Positions 38,595 to 48,763 of a stretch of 64,000 nt of DNA are shown one piece after another. The notes beneath the pieces are model-generated. The model ran no database searches. It saw nothing but the letters and a program-made list of their open reading frames with translations, and was not told the DNA's origin. Source of the DNA: an uncultured Alphaproteobacteria bacterium (GTDB lineage Bacteria; Electryoneota; RPQS01); contig CAYORN010000002.1 of NCBI GenBank assembly GCA_964406405.1, forward strand, positions 10-64,009, written 5' to 3'. The position numbers were made by a program, and so were the translations under genes. The first letter of the stretch is position 1; each line of letters starts with the position of its first letter.

Positions 38595-38615
38595 AAAAAG
38601 AAGGTGTGTGTTTCA

Positions 38616-38645
38616 GACCAACACCCGGGAGGGTGTTGGCTAGTG
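38616..38645. repeat. REP palindromic element (right flank of RAYT)
   Basis: gaccaacacccgggagggtgttggctagtg. Confidence 0.8.
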
Positions 38646-38682
38646 AACAAATGGGTATTGGTTAGTGGTTAGAGAGCACAGG

Positions 38683-40017
38683 CTAAGAGTTGCGTCCCAT
38701 CAACTGATACGTCAGCTTTTTGCCCAATTCCACGCCGGGTTGATCGAAGGGGTCTATGTTGTACAGGTGGCCGCAGAGCGCGGTCACGATCTCCCAGAGC
38801 ATGAAGAACTCGCCGACCTCGCGCGGGCCGACCTCGGAAAACGAAAGCGTGAGCGAGGGCCGCTCGTTCTGTGCCAGCGCCTCGCGCGTGGCCTGAAACT
38901 CCGCCGCCATCAGCTCGTTCATCGTCTTGCCGCCCAGATAGCCGAACGACGACAGATGCCCGAAGTCATGCGGCATCGTGAGCGTGTGCCGGAATTGCTG
39001 CGCTTCGAGGAAGATGAACACCTTGTCGTGCGGCCCCTCAATGTAGAGCTGCACCTGCGAATGCTGATCGGTCGTGCCTAGCGCCTTAATGGGCGTCGGC
39101 CCGACGTGCACCGTTCTGCCGTCACGCGCGTGCGCCTTGCCCAGCGACTCAGCCCAGATCTGCCGGAACCAATCGGCCATGGAGTACAGCCCGTTCGCAT
39201 AGGCCATCATCACGTGTATCGGCTTGTGATGCGCCGTGTCGAAAAGATAGAGCAGCGACGCGATTTGCGCCGCGGGATTGGCGCCGAGGTCGTCGCTTAA
39301 ACATTTGCCCGTCATCTCCGCCGCGCCATTCATCATCTCGTCCACGTCCAGGCCAAGGCACAGCGCCGGGAAAATTCCCACCGGCGTCAGCACCGAGAAT
39401 CTTCCGCCTACTCCCGGATGCAGCGGCAGCGTGCGAATTTTCATTTCGATGCACAGTTTCCGCAGATCGCCGTTCTCAGGATCGGTGGTGCACACCAGAT
39501 GCTCGCGCCACATTTCCCCCACGTCGTTCTTCAGATGCTGCACGATGAGCAGGAGCGCGGCCGCGGTTTCCGCCGTGGAGCCGCTCTTGGAAATCACGTT
39601 GAAGACGGTGTCGCCCGTCTCGCAGACATGCAGCAGCGCTTCCGTGGCGTCCGGGTCCACGTTATCCAGCACAAAAAAGCGCGGCGCGTCGTTGCGCAGC
39701 AGCGGCGGCACGACATTGTGCAGCGGATGGCAGAGCGCGTCGAAAATCGCCCGCGGCCCTAAGGCCGAGCCGCCGATCCCCGCCAGCAGAAAATTCTCCT
39801 TCCCCTTGAAACGCGCGGCCATTTGTCGGCAGTTCTCCACCAGCGCGCGATCCAGCGGCAGATCAAGGAACGGAAGCTGCTCTTTCTTATGCGAGTCGGA
39901 AATCCACGCCAGCGCCGCCCGCATCTTGCTCTCGATCAGCCGCAACTCGCTCGGATGCAGCCCATGCTTGCCGGACTTGGCTTGAAAACTATGCTCGGTG
40001 TTTAGAGTGAGGGGCAT
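38683..40017 (-). CDS. pgi: Glucose-6-phosphate isomerase
   Basis: PGI signatures GIGGSALGP, ISKSGSTAET, GGRFSVLTPVG, GTTDQHSQVQLYIEG. Confidence 0.9.
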   Translation of the reverse strand: MPLTLNTEHSFQAKSGKHGLHPSELRLIESKMRAALAWISDSHKKEQLPFLDLPLDRALVENCRQMAARFKGKENFLLAGIGGSALGPRAIFDALCHPLHNVVPPLLRNDAPRFFVLDNVDPDATEALLHVCETGDTVFNVISKSGSTAETAAALLLIVQHLKNDVGEMWREHLVCTTDPENGDLRKLCIEMKIRTLPLHPGVGGRFSVLTPVGIFPALCLGLDVDEMMNGAAEMTGKCLSDDLGANPAAQIASLLYLFDTAHHKPIHVMMAYANGLYSMADWFRQIWAESLGKAHARDGRTVHVGPTPIKALGTTDQHSQVQLYIEGPHDKVFIFLEAQQFRHTLTMPHDFGHLSSFGYLGGKTMNELMAAEFQATREALAQNERPSLTLSFSEVGPREVGEFFMLWEIVTALCGHLYNIDPFDQPGVELGKKLTYQLMGRNS

Positions 40018-40159
40018 GGGGGTACTTTCAGACTAATTTTCGTTTTTCATCTTCACCACCCGCGTCGGGTACGGAATCACAATGCCTTCCCCGCGCAACA
40101 AATCAGCAAACCGGTGGCAGCTACGCATAACCGACAATCGGCCCGCTGCCGAGTGGCGA

Positions 40160-40846
40160 TTACATCCCGCAGCCGCCGCAACCGCCGCCCTCATTGGACG
40201 CCGCAGCTTTTCCACAAGGTGAGAACAGCGAAAATCCGAACAGAAAGCGATGATACTGATCCACGTATTTCGACGATGATGAGCTGAAACTCCCGCTGAA
40301 CGTTTCGTCCCAGGAGTAGCGCTGATAGCGGTACTCGAAACGCAGCGCAACCCGATCTGATACAAAAGTTTTCAGGCCGGCTCCCAAATTCAGCACGGGC
40401 ACATCGAACTTGTTCGATGAGCGGCTGTAAAATGCGAAGTAGAACGGCGCGGCATTGCCGATGCCGTAACCCGCCAGTACAAACGGCACGTTGCGCTGTG
40501 TCTCGCTCGTCATGAGCGGCGCAAAGTTGTATTCCAGATTCGCCGCAATGTTAAAGGCCGGCTCCCAGTTTTCGATCGCCGTCCAGTTCATTTCCGGTGC
40601 AAGCTCGAAGTTCTGTGACACGAAGATGCCGTAACGCAACGCCATCATGAGGAACGTAGACTTTGTCTCGTCAGTGTATGTCTCTGAATACGATCCTCCA
40701 TGGTACGTGTACTCTTCCCTCGAGTTCACCTGCCCGAATTGCGCGGACACCGAAACCTCGCTGGCACCCTTCAGATCCCCGGCCTGACAAAGACCCGTGA
40801 TTGCCAACAGCGCGACCACCAGCCAACATGTGCGTTCCATGAGCAA
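40160..40846 (-). CDS. Small outer-membrane beta-barrel protein (OmpW/OmpA-barrel-like) with an unusual C-terminal Cys/Gly tail
   Basis: Signal peptide; alternating hydrophobic beta-strand pattern with aromatic girdle residues. The C-terminus ...FGFSLFSPCGKAAASNEGGGCGGCGM extends beyond the usual terminal Phe. Confidence 0.45.
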   Translation of the reverse strand: MLMERTCWLVVALLAITGLCQAGDLKGASEVSVSAQFGQVNSREEYTYHGGSYSETYTDETKSTFLMMALRYGIFVSQNFELAPEMNWTAIENWEPAFNIAANLEYNFAPLMTSETQRNVPFVLAGYGIGNAAPFYFAFYSRSSNKFDVPVLNLGAGLKTFVSDRVALRFEYRYQRYSWDETFSGSFSSSSSKYVDQYHRFLFGFSLFSPCGKAAASNEGGGCGGCGM

Positions 40847-41120
40847 ACCTCGCTGGATTAATGTGCAGAAGGCACGTAAAGATGAACCGTAACACGTTTA
40901 AACGTCTCAATATACGAAATGTTATGGACGGAGACAACCTGCTTCTTGCCCTCTGTCATAGCGAAACGGCCGGATGTGGCGGCTCTACAACCCCCTATAC
41001 GCCCTTCCATGACTGGATCAAGAATTGCTCTTTTCTGTTCTCCCTGCGTTCGGAGGGGGAATCTGGCGGTATTCGACAAGTTGGTAGTGTAAAACTAAGT
41101 ACTTGCAGGACGAAAAATCC

Positions 41121-41149
41121 TTGACAAACTGGAAACTATTTCCTATTTT
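41121..41149 (+). promoter_or_regulatory. Near-consensus sigma70-type promoter (TTGACA-N17-TATTTT) about 170 nt upstream of the porU-like gene
   Basis: ttgacaaactggaaactatttcctatttt read directly from the sequence. Confidence 0.4.
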
Positions 41150-41322
41150 GGTTGCACTTGAAAGGGAGTTCAGGTTATTCTTTTTCGCTAAGCGGTTTTC
41201 CCGTCCACGACATACCCACCTGCATCGCGCCGAGTCAAATTCGGCGGACATTCCGCTTCTGGGACTTGAGTCTGGCGGCCGAATCGGCTTAGCTTTTTTG
41301 TTGCCCCAAATCTACCCCCTCC

Positions 41323-44300
41323 ATGTATCGTAAAATCTATATTATACTTGCTTTAGCTCTTGTCGCTGGGAGCGTTTTGGCGCTCGATACCGCCAAGCAA
41401 GTCCGTAAAGCCGAACTCTCCAAGTCGAAAACCCCGGACCAGGCCGAGGTGAAGTTGCTTGAACGGCATGACGGAGAACTGGTTTTTGAGTGGCAGTGCC
41501 CGGAGGTGGTCATCTCCCGCGACCCGACCAATAGCGAGGTGACTGCCCTGAACATGGCTGGCGCCGAACCGATTTACGAGGTCGGCGTCCCACAATTGCC
41601 TATCCTGACACAGTTCCTCGATTGCCTGCCGGGCAAGGTCACCGCGACCGTCATCGAATCGGATGTGGAAACCCGCGTACTCGGGGCGATGGCCCCCACC
41701 CCGGAGGACATGCCCGTTGATTTACACCCCTCGGACGATCCGGACGGAGACCGGCTGGACGAGTCGCCGCCGCGACTCTCGTGGGAGGAGCGCCGCGCCC
41801 AGACGCCGCTGAAAACAGGCCCCTTCCCGGAGACGCCTCTGATGGTCAAGGAGGCTGGAGTCTATCGCGGTCACCGGATCATGGCGGTTCAGCTTTTTCC
41901 GGTACAGGTCAACGCTGTCAACGGAACGGCCCGCATTATCAAGCGCGCAAGAATCCGCGTGACCCTGCCCGCTTCGGCAAATCAGGACGCTCGCCTGCCC
42001 GACTCGCCGCATGAGACCGAACTCGTACGCGGCATGTTAGGCGCGCTCGGTTCGACCGCGCTACCGTCGCGCATGACCGAGGCTTTTGTCGGCCGCGGCG
42101 CGGAAGACGCGCCGCTCGATGATCCGCAACCTATTGGCGGGCGCTGGAAATTAATTGTTAATCAGGAAGGCATCGTGCGCGTGCGTCACGAGGCGCTGGT
42201 GCTCGCCGGCGTGCCCGTGGATGCCATCACGACGTTTGATACGCATATTTATAATCGCGGTCATGAGGTCCCGATCTATTTCGAAGGTGAGGGTGACGGT
42301 CATTTCGATATGCAGGATCATATTGACTTTTACGGCATTCCCAATCGCCAGACGTTTCAGCAGCAGAATCCGGTGATGTACAACGATCCGTGGACCGACG
42401 ATAACGTCTACTGGTTGTCGTGGGGCGACGGCATCCCGGGCATGCGGCTAGGCGTTCAGAGCCTGACCTGGCACCCGACCTGGGCCACGGACACCAGCAT
42501 CGTTCGGCATGTCAAAGCAGTCACCTCCCTTCGCACCAAGCTGCACATCGAGCGCGATCTTAAGCACGACCGTCTGGCCGCATCCGCCAGCAACTATGCC
42601 AGCGAGTTCGAACTGCTGGGCCCGCTCGGCGTTCATGAGGATCATTGGTTCTACGGCCCGTTCATCAGCGGCCTGAGCACGCGCGAATTTAGCATCAGCA
42701 TTCCGTATCCGAACACCAATTCGTTTCGCACGGTCAAGGTCCGCGCGGCGTTTCAGGGGTCCACATATGAATTTCCATATAATCCGTTCAACCCTTATAG
42801 TGGACCAAATAGCGGCTACCACCGCGCATCTGTCTATCTGAACGGATTGACGGCGCCCGGCTTAACCGTTGGCAAAGTCTCGCACAATGACAACAATTTC
42901 CCCTGGCGCAACCAGACGCCAATCATTATCGAATCCACGTCTGACAGCGTCGGCATCACCACCGATCAACTCGTGGATGGTCCCAACACCATCTCGGTCA
43001 GCTTGCCCGGCGACGGTATTTCCGGAGCCAACGACAAGATCTACGTAAACTGGTTCGAGATCGAGTACGACCGGGCGATGCGCGCATCAAAGGGTGCCGT
43101 CGGCTTTGATCTGAGCAGCATCATGCGGATCGACACGACCATCGGTGACACGCTCTCGATTGATCTGCGCGGATTCGCCGGCCGCAACGTCAGTCTTTGG
43201 GATTTGGATCGCGGACGAATCGCTGATTACGACGTCCGGCTCGTTGCGCCGCAGGACGAAAGCCCGTCGTGGGCGATTCGCTTTCACCTGATCGTGGACC
43301 GCGATTATCACTTCTACGCGTTCGACGACCGGCCGCCCTTCGCCCCAGCGGCCATTTTGCCGGAAGTGTCCACGGCGGATCTGCGCAATCAGGCCGGCGC
43401 CGAATATCTGATGATCTACCATGACAGCTTCAATCTGGACAATCTCGCGCTCGCAGCGCTCGCGCGGTTGGACAGCCTGCGGCAAGCGAGTTTCTTCGGC
43501 TCCACGATGATGGTTCCGCTCAGCGCCGTTTACGAACAGTTTAACGGCGGGATTGTCAGCCCCTATGGCATTCGCGATTTCGTCAAGTATGCCTACGACC
43601 ATTGGGAAATCCGTCCGACGCATGTCTGTCTTGTCGGCGACGGCGTGCTCGATACGAAGGGTTACCGCGGCAGCGGCAACATGATCCCCAGCTTTTATCC
43701 GCAGACCGGCGGCAAGGCGATCGGCATTTGCGCGGCGGACATGTTCTTCGGCACGGTCTCCGGGCCACCCTGGGATCTTCTTCCTGACGTTGCGGTTGGG
43801 CGCATCTCCGCTCGTACCGGCGCGGAATTGCAAACTTACGTGGACAAGGTCCTGCATTACGAGACGACGTCTGACTACACCACACTCTTTCACGGCAACC
43901 TTCTTTTTGTCGCCGATCATAAGGACCCCCAATTCGATTTCGCCGGCGGTTTTTCCGAACCGGTGGTCCAGACGGTCAACAACGACATCATCGTTTCCCG
44001 CGTCTATCTCGATAGCTTGGCGCCCGGTCAAGGGCCTTCGACCTTGCGCGACGCGTTCCGCAACGGCGCCGTCATCGTCAACTACAACGGCCACGGCGGC
44101 GGCGGGGTCTGGAGCAACAGCAACCTGCTCGACGTCGGCGGCATACGCCAACTGCGAAATCGCCGCGGTTTCCCGTTTGTCACCAACTTCACCTGCTTCG
44201 TGGGCGCGTTCGACGACCGGGATCAAACGGCGGTGCTGGGTGAAGCCTTCCTGTTCTCGCGGAATAACGACGGCGATCTTGTCGGCGGCATCGGTGTTTA

Positions 44301-46758
44301 CAGCTCGAGCGGCGTCGGCTGGGCAGCCAACGGCGTGGCCATGCAGCGCGTGCTCTTCGATTTTGTCAGCCGCCCGCCTGCGAAAACACTTGGCGAGATT
44401 GTGCTGCTCAACAAAGCCCATTTCTGGGCCAACGCCACGAGCTTCACACCGCGCTTCAGTTTCTTGCAGCTGGAAATTCCGTACTCGCAGCTGGTAATGA
44501 TGAATCTGCTGGGCGATCCCGGCGTGCGTCTGACACTGCCGGAAGGCCCGTTAGCTTCCGTCAGCACCGATACGGCCATCGTCTCGCAGGGCGACACGAT
44601 TCTCGTCAGCGGCACCCTCCCCTGGGTTCCGGGCGTATCGCCCACGGATGTGTACATCCTGCCTTACAACGCGGATCGCTACGACACCGTGCGCTTCTAT
44701 GATTTGCAAAACGACACGTCATACGTTATTCCGGCCTTCGTGTCGTCGAGGGTCCCGGCCTTTCTGCCAAACGATGTGAACTCGTTACCGGCCACGGCAC
44801 AGCAGTTCACCTTCCCGCTCGGCATCGGCCCGCGCTTCAATACGCCGCTGGGCCGCATCATCGTTTACGCAGTGGATCGCACGCTGCGCCGCGACGCTTT
44901 GAGCGCCGTGCCGATTTTCTTTGCCGACAGCCTGACCATCGCTCGCGTCTATGATGTGGACGTGTTGCCTGCCGGCTTTATTTTGAACGATTCAACCTTT
45001 CGGGTACAGGCGCGGATCATGCACCGCAGCGGCATTGAGCAGGCGCGCATGCGCGGCGCCTTCAGACCGGCACAGGGGCCGATCGTGCTCGATACCGTGG
45101 ATCTCCAGCAGATCGAGCCGGGCCTTTGGCGCAGCGACTGGCTTGGACCCTACACCACTGTTGGCGGCAGCTATCGGGCGACGTTCTATGTGAAGCCGTA
45201 TGACACGGATTGGCAATCCACGGCTCCGCAGACTCTCGATCTCGAGCAGTACACTGATTTCTACCCCGACACGGCTCGCGGCTTGACGCCGCGCGTCGTC
45301 GGACTTGGCCGTCCCTACTTCTATCTTCCGGTTGCCCATCGCCGCTACGGCCGTAACCGACCGATCCCCGAGATTGAAATGCAGCTCACCGGCGTGTCAG
45401 ACAGCACGATCATCGGCGGCGTGATGGCGGTTGATTCGTTTGCCACCAGCATCTTTTGGCCGATCCCCGATCAGGCCTCAAGCTTGAATGAGGTTTTGAT
45501 CCCGGTCGTGCTGCACCCCGTGCGCTATCGCTTCAAGGCGACCATTGATCCCAACAATCAGATCGTCGAGACCAGCGAAATCAATAACACTTTCCAAGTC
45601 ACGGTGAATCAGCCGCGGGTGTACTCTGCGTCGAATAGTTTTGGCAGTTTCTATTTGCGGCCGCTCGAACAGAATACCTTTCATCGCCAGTGGGCCGCCG
45701 GACTAGACACGCTGTGGGTGCGAATTGCCCCCGGCTCACTGCCGCTTGATACCGCAGCCGTGGTGTTTAGCGGCCCGGACACGCTGACCAGTGCCGAGTT
45801 GGCGACTTTGCAGCCGCAGGGGTTGTATCAAGTCACGTTTGGCCGTGTCACGCGCGTGTTTCGTGCGCAGTTTGGCGATTCAAGCGAAGCGATTGCGCCC
45901 GGCGGCCAGATCGAAGTCCTGATGAACATCAGCCATGTCACAGCCTCCACGCTCTCCGAATTGGCGATTTTCGAAAAGCGGTCTCTGTCGCCCAGTTGGT
46001 GGCGGCTGGACAATACTCGCTTCGATACTCTCGCCATTGCCCTAGACACGACGACCTTTATCTATTACTATACAGGCCGGCTTAGTGGGTTTGCCCACGC
46101 TTTGGGCGACTTCGTCATTTTCCGCTCGCGGGATGAGACCGGACCTGTCGTGAATATCGCCGTGGACGGCATGACCTTCACCGCTGGCTCGATTCTGCCG
46201 CGTCGGCCGCTGATCTACGCCAATGTCTCCGATCTGAACGGCATTGATCGCAGCCCCAGCCGCTTCGCCATGATTCTCGACAATGACACGATTCCGGCTT
46301 CTGAGGTCAGCTGGTCGGACACCCTGCAATCCGGCGGCAACATGTCGGCGCTCTTCCGTCCGCAATTGGACGCCGGACATCACACGCTGCGTGTGTACGC
46401 CACCGACAATGCTGGCAATTCTTCGGAAACGACAGTAGAGTTTGAAGTGCGCGGCGACTTCGGTATCGAGTGGGCTATCAACTACCCGAATCCGTTCAGT
46501 AGAGTCACAAAAATCTCATACTTGCTCACCGATGTCACGGATGATTACGTGGAGATCAAGATCTTCACGGTTTCGGGCCGTAAGATTGCATCGCTGCGGG
46601 AGACCGATCCCACCGTTATGAACTACCGCACGATAGATTGGGACGGCACAGACGACACCGGCGAGGAAGTCGCCAACGGTGTGTACTTCGCCCGTCTGAC
46701 CGCCAAACAAGGTGACCGCAAAGTCGAAAAGACGATTAAAATGGCGAAGGTGCGATAA
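41323..46758 (+). CDS. porU: Giant (1811 aa) C25 (gingipain)-family cysteine peptidase with a T9SS CTD, a PorU-like candidate for the T9SS C-terminal signal peptidase
   Basis: Catalytic-region blocks VIVNYNGHGGGGVWSN (His) and FVTNFTCFVGAFDD (Cys), as in C25 peptidases. C-terminal YPNPFSRVTKISYLL...VEIKIFTVSGRKIASL...WDGTDDTGEEVANGVYFARL CTD. Immediately followed by, and overlapping by 1 nt, a porV-like gene, the canonical porU-porV arrangement. Confidence 0.55.
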   Translation: MYRKIYIILALALVAGSVLALDTAKQVRKAELSKSKTPDQAEVKLLERHDGELVFEWQCPEVVISRDPTNSEVTALNMAGAEPIYEVGVPQLPILTQFLDCLPGKVTATVIESDVETRVLGAMAPTPEDMPVDLHPSDDPDGDRLDESPPRLSWEERRAQTPLKTGPFPETPLMVKEAGVYRGHRIMAVQLFPVQVNAVNGTARIIKRARIRVTLPASANQDARLPDSPHETELVRGMLGALGSTALPSRMTEAFVGRGAEDAPLDDPQPIGGRWKLIVNQEGIVRVRHEALVLAGVPVDAITTFDTHIYNRGHEVPIYFEGEGDGHFDMQDHIDFYGIPNRQTFQQQNPVMYNDPWTDDNVYWLSWGDGIPGMRLGVQSLTWHPTWATDTSIVRHVKAVTSLRTKLHIERDLKHDRLAASASNYASEFELLGPLGVHEDHWFYGPFISGLSTREFSISIPYPNTNSFRTVKVRAAFQGSTYEFPYNPFNPYSGPNSGYHRASVYLNGLTAPGLTVGKVSHNDNNFPWRNQTPIIIESTSDSVGITTDQLVDGPNTISVSLPGDGISGANDKIYVNWFEIEYDRAMRASKGAVGFDLSSIMRIDTTIGDTLSIDLRGFAGRNVSLWDLDRGRIADYDVRLVAPQDESPSWAIRFHLIVDRDYHFYAFDDRPPFAPAAILPEVSTADLRNQAGAEYLMIYHDSFNLDNLALAALARLDSLRQASFFGSTMMVPLSAVYEQFNGGIVSPYGIRDFVKYAYDHWEIRPTHVCLVGDGVLDTKGYRGSGNMIPSFYPQTGGKAIGICAADMFFGTVSGPPWDLLPDVAVGRISARTGAELQTYVDKVLHYETTSDYTTLFHGNLLFVADHKDPQFDFAGGFSEPVVQTVNNDIIVSRVYLDSLAPGQGPSTLRDAFRNGAVIVNYNGHGGGGVWSNSNLLDVGGIRQLRNRRGFPFVTNFTCFVGAFDDRDQTAVLGEAFLFSRNNDGDLVGGIGVYSSSGVGWAANGVAMQRVLFDFVSRPPAKTLGEIVLLNKAHFWANATSFTPRFSFLQLEIPYSQLVMMNLLGDPGVRLTLPEGPLASVSTDTAIVSQGDTILVSGTLPWVPGVSPTDVYILPYNADRYDTVRFYDLQNDTSYVIPAFVSSRVPAFLPNDVNSLPATAQQFTFPLGIGPRFNTPLGRIIVYAVDRTLRRDALSAVPIFFADSLTIARVYDVDVLPAGFILNDSTFRVQARIMHRSGIEQARMRGAFRPAQGPIVLDTVDLQQIEPGLWRSDWLGPYTTVGGSYRATFYVKPYDTDWQSTAPQTLDLEQYTDFYPDTARGLTPRVVGLGRPYFYLPVAHRRYGRNRPIPEIEMQLTGVSDSTIIGGVMAVDSFATSIFWPIPDQASSLNEVLIPVVLHPVRYRFKATIDPNNQIVETSEINNTFQVTVNQPRVYSASNSFGSFYLRPLEQNTFHRQWAAGLDTLWVRIAPGSLPLDTAAVVFSGPDTLTSAELATLQPQGLYQVTFGRVTRVFRAQFGDSSEAIAPGGQIEVLMNISHVTASTLSELAIFEKRSLSPSWWRLDNTRFDTLAIALDTTTFIYYYTGRLSGFAHALGDFVIFRSRDETGPVVNIAVDGMTFTAGSILPRRPLIYANVSDLNGIDRSPSRFAMILDNDTIPASEVSWSDTLQSGGNMSALFRPQLDAGHHTLRVYATDNAGNSSETTVEFEVRGDFGIEWAINYPNPFSRVTKISYLLTDVTDDYVEIKIFTVSGRKIASLRETDPTVMNYRTIDWDGTDDTGEEVANGVYFARLTAKQGDRKVEKTIKMAKVR

Positions 46759-47846
46759 TGACGAGATTCACTCCATACGACCGGCGAGAGCAGCCGCGCC
46801 GAGCCGGATTAAGTCTTCGCAGCCCAGCCGGAATCTTCCTCGCGGTGTTTGTGTCCCTACTGCTCATCACTCCCGCCCGCGCTGCCAAGTTCGCCGGTGA
46901 GTTTCTCGAAATCGGAGTCGGCGCGCACGGTGTGGGGATGGGCGGCGCGATGACAGCGCACACCGACGATGCTTCGAGCTTCTATTGGAATCCCGCCGGC
47001 ATGGCCTATGTCTCCGGCTTGCAGATCAACGGCATGTATGCTGATCTCTGGAACGGCCTCGCCAATTATTCCGTCGCCGGCATCACGCTGCCGGTGACCG
47101 GCGCCGTCTTCTCCGCGAACTGGGTGCGTCTCGGCGTGCCCGATCTTCAGCGGCATCCGAATTACGACAATCTCCAATTCCCGCTCGCCGTGGGTAACGA
47201 CACGGCGCACTCCGTGCAGGAATACTTGATTCTCACGGGAGCTGCGCCGAACGGTATGTTCAGCGACAATGAGTCCGCGATATTCCTTAGTTTTGCCAAG
47301 CAGAACGCATTCACGCTGGACTTAGGCTGGTCCTATTTTCAAGTGCCCGTGGAGCTGCCGATCGGCGCGAATGTGAAGATCATTAACCAGAGGCTTGGCG
47401 ACGCCGGCGGCTCCGGGATTGGCGCCGACTTCGGTTTTCAAGTGCGCTTCCCGCTTTCCGACGTCTTCTTCGAAAAATGGAAAGCCAAGTTCGCGTACGG
47501 CTTCACGTGGCAGGATGCCACGCGCACGGCGGTGAACTGGGGCGAAAACAACAAGGACGCTTTCCCTTGGAATTTCCGCCACGGGATCGCGCTGATTCAG
47601 AAAATGCCCGGCCATGACAACAGACTCACCGTGAGCTGGGACACTGAAAAACGCTGGGAACGCGTGAATCATTATGGCTTGGAGTACATGCACGGCAATG
47701 TCATCGCTCTGCGCGGCGGCTTGTGGGACGACGAGTGGACCGCCGGCGCCGGAGTCTCTTTCTGGCGCGCCACCGTGGATTACGCCTATTTCGGCCGCGA
47801 ACTCGGCTCCACTCACCGCTTGAGTCTGGTGTTGAAGCTGAAGTAG
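46758..47846 (+). CDS. porV: PorV-like FadL-family outer-membrane beta-barrel (T9SS cargo shuttle)
   Basis: AKFAGEFLEIGVGAHGVGMGGAMTAHTDDASSFYWNPAGMAYV N-terminal block. TAATG overlap with the porU-like gene. Ends ...LVLKLK. Confidence 0.6.
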   Translation: MTRFTPYDRREQPRRAGLSLRSPAGIFLAVFVSLLLITPARAAKFAGEFLEIGVGAHGVGMGGAMTAHTDDASSFYWNPAGMAYVSGLQINGMYADLWNGLANYSVAGITLPVTGAVFSANWVRLGVPDLQRHPNYDNLQFPLAVGNDTAHSVQEYLILTGAAPNGMFSDNESAIFLSFAKQNAFTLDLGWSYFQVPVELPIGANVKIINQRLGDAGGSGIGADFGFQVRFPLSDVFFEKWKAKFAYGFTWQDATRTAVNWGENNKDAFPWNFRHGIALIQKMPGHDNRLTVSWDTEKRWERVNHYGLEYMHGNVIALRGGLWDDEWTAGAGVSFWRATVDYAYFGRELGSTHRLSLVLKLK

Positions 47847-47870
47847 AAACATGTGTTCGCCCAAAGCCGC

Positions 47871-47900
47871 AATTTCAAGCTTCAAGTTTCAAGCTTCAGG
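47871..47900. repeat. Heptad microsatellite TTCAAGC-TTCAAGT-TTCAAGC-TTCAGG
   Basis: aatttcaagcttcaagtttcaagcttcagg between porV and the next lipoprotein gene. Confidence 0.55.
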
Positions 47901-47928
47901 TCTTCTGTCCCTCTGGCTGAGATTTTGC

Positions 47929-48735
47929 ATGGCTCTTTTTTTGCTGTCCGGCTGCGGCGAGAATCAGACCAGCCGCGACGATATTCCGCCGGCCGCGCCG
48001 ATTCCGCTGCCGCGCTCCAGCGACGATTTGTATGCCCAGCGCGGCATTCGCCCGGAGCCGACGGCCAACGACAACCAGTACAATGTGCGCATCGAGTGGT
48101 ATCCGAATTCGGAGCCGGATGTGGCCGGCTATCGCATCTGGCGCCGGCGCGAAGATCAAATGCCCTTGCAGCGCTCGATCATTCGCGATCTGCGTTTCGG
48201 CATCAATCTTGATCGCGCATCCGTGCTGACGTTCATTGATGCGGGCGATGATTACACCGGCTTCCCGGCGAATATGCTTGCACCCGATCGCGACGAAGAG
48301 GATACGCTTTCCACGCACGGCTATTACTGGTACCTGGAGGCCTACGACGAAGCCCGCAACCGGTCGGCACTCTCGGATTCGCTGTACTTTCGCATGATCA
48401 ATAACCCGAGCAGCATGGCGGTGATTCGCCAGGCGCCCGGACGCTATGCTCTGACCTGGCAATACACGCCGAATCAGGACACGCCATATATTTCCTACTA
48501 CATGATTCGCGTCTTTTCCGCGACGTTCGGACCGGATTCGGTGATGTGGTATCAGCAGGTGAATCGCTACGGCGGGCAGGAGCAGGTGATTCTCGACAAC
48601 GACAGCACGGCCCGGTCTTTCCGGCGCGATTCTACCTATGTTTGGCAATTGAATGTCGTGATCACCGGCGCGGACTCGGCCGCTCGCGCTCCCGCCGGCT
48701 CTGCGACGTATTCGACCTTTATCTATCAGGACTGA
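47929..48735 (+). CDS. Hypothetical lipoprotein with FN3-like segments
   Basis: MALFLLSGCG lipobox. NVRIEWYPNSEPDVAGYRIWRR and YALTWQYTPNQDTPYISYYMIRV resemble fibronectin-III strands. Confidence 0.45.
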   Translation: MALFLLSGCGENQTSRDDIPPAAPIPLPRSSDDLYAQRGIRPEPTANDNQYNVRIEWYPNSEPDVAGYRIWRRREDQMPLQRSIIRDLRFGINLDRASVLTFIDAGDDYTGFPANMLAPDRDEEDTLSTHGYYWYLEAYDEARNRSALSDSLYFRMINNPSSMAVIRQAPGRYALTWQYTPNQDTPYISYYMIRVFSATFGPDSVMWYQQVNRYGGQEQVILDNDSTARSFRRDSTYVWQLNVVITGADSAARAPAGSATYSTFIYQD

Positions 48736-48763
48736 AATCAACCAAGAAATAGGACATTGGAAA

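Noticed and set aside
43087-44421. 444-aa antisense ORF inside the porU-like gene
   Set aside because: It lies opposite a CDS with catalytic motifs and a CTD; this is a GC-rich antisense artefact.
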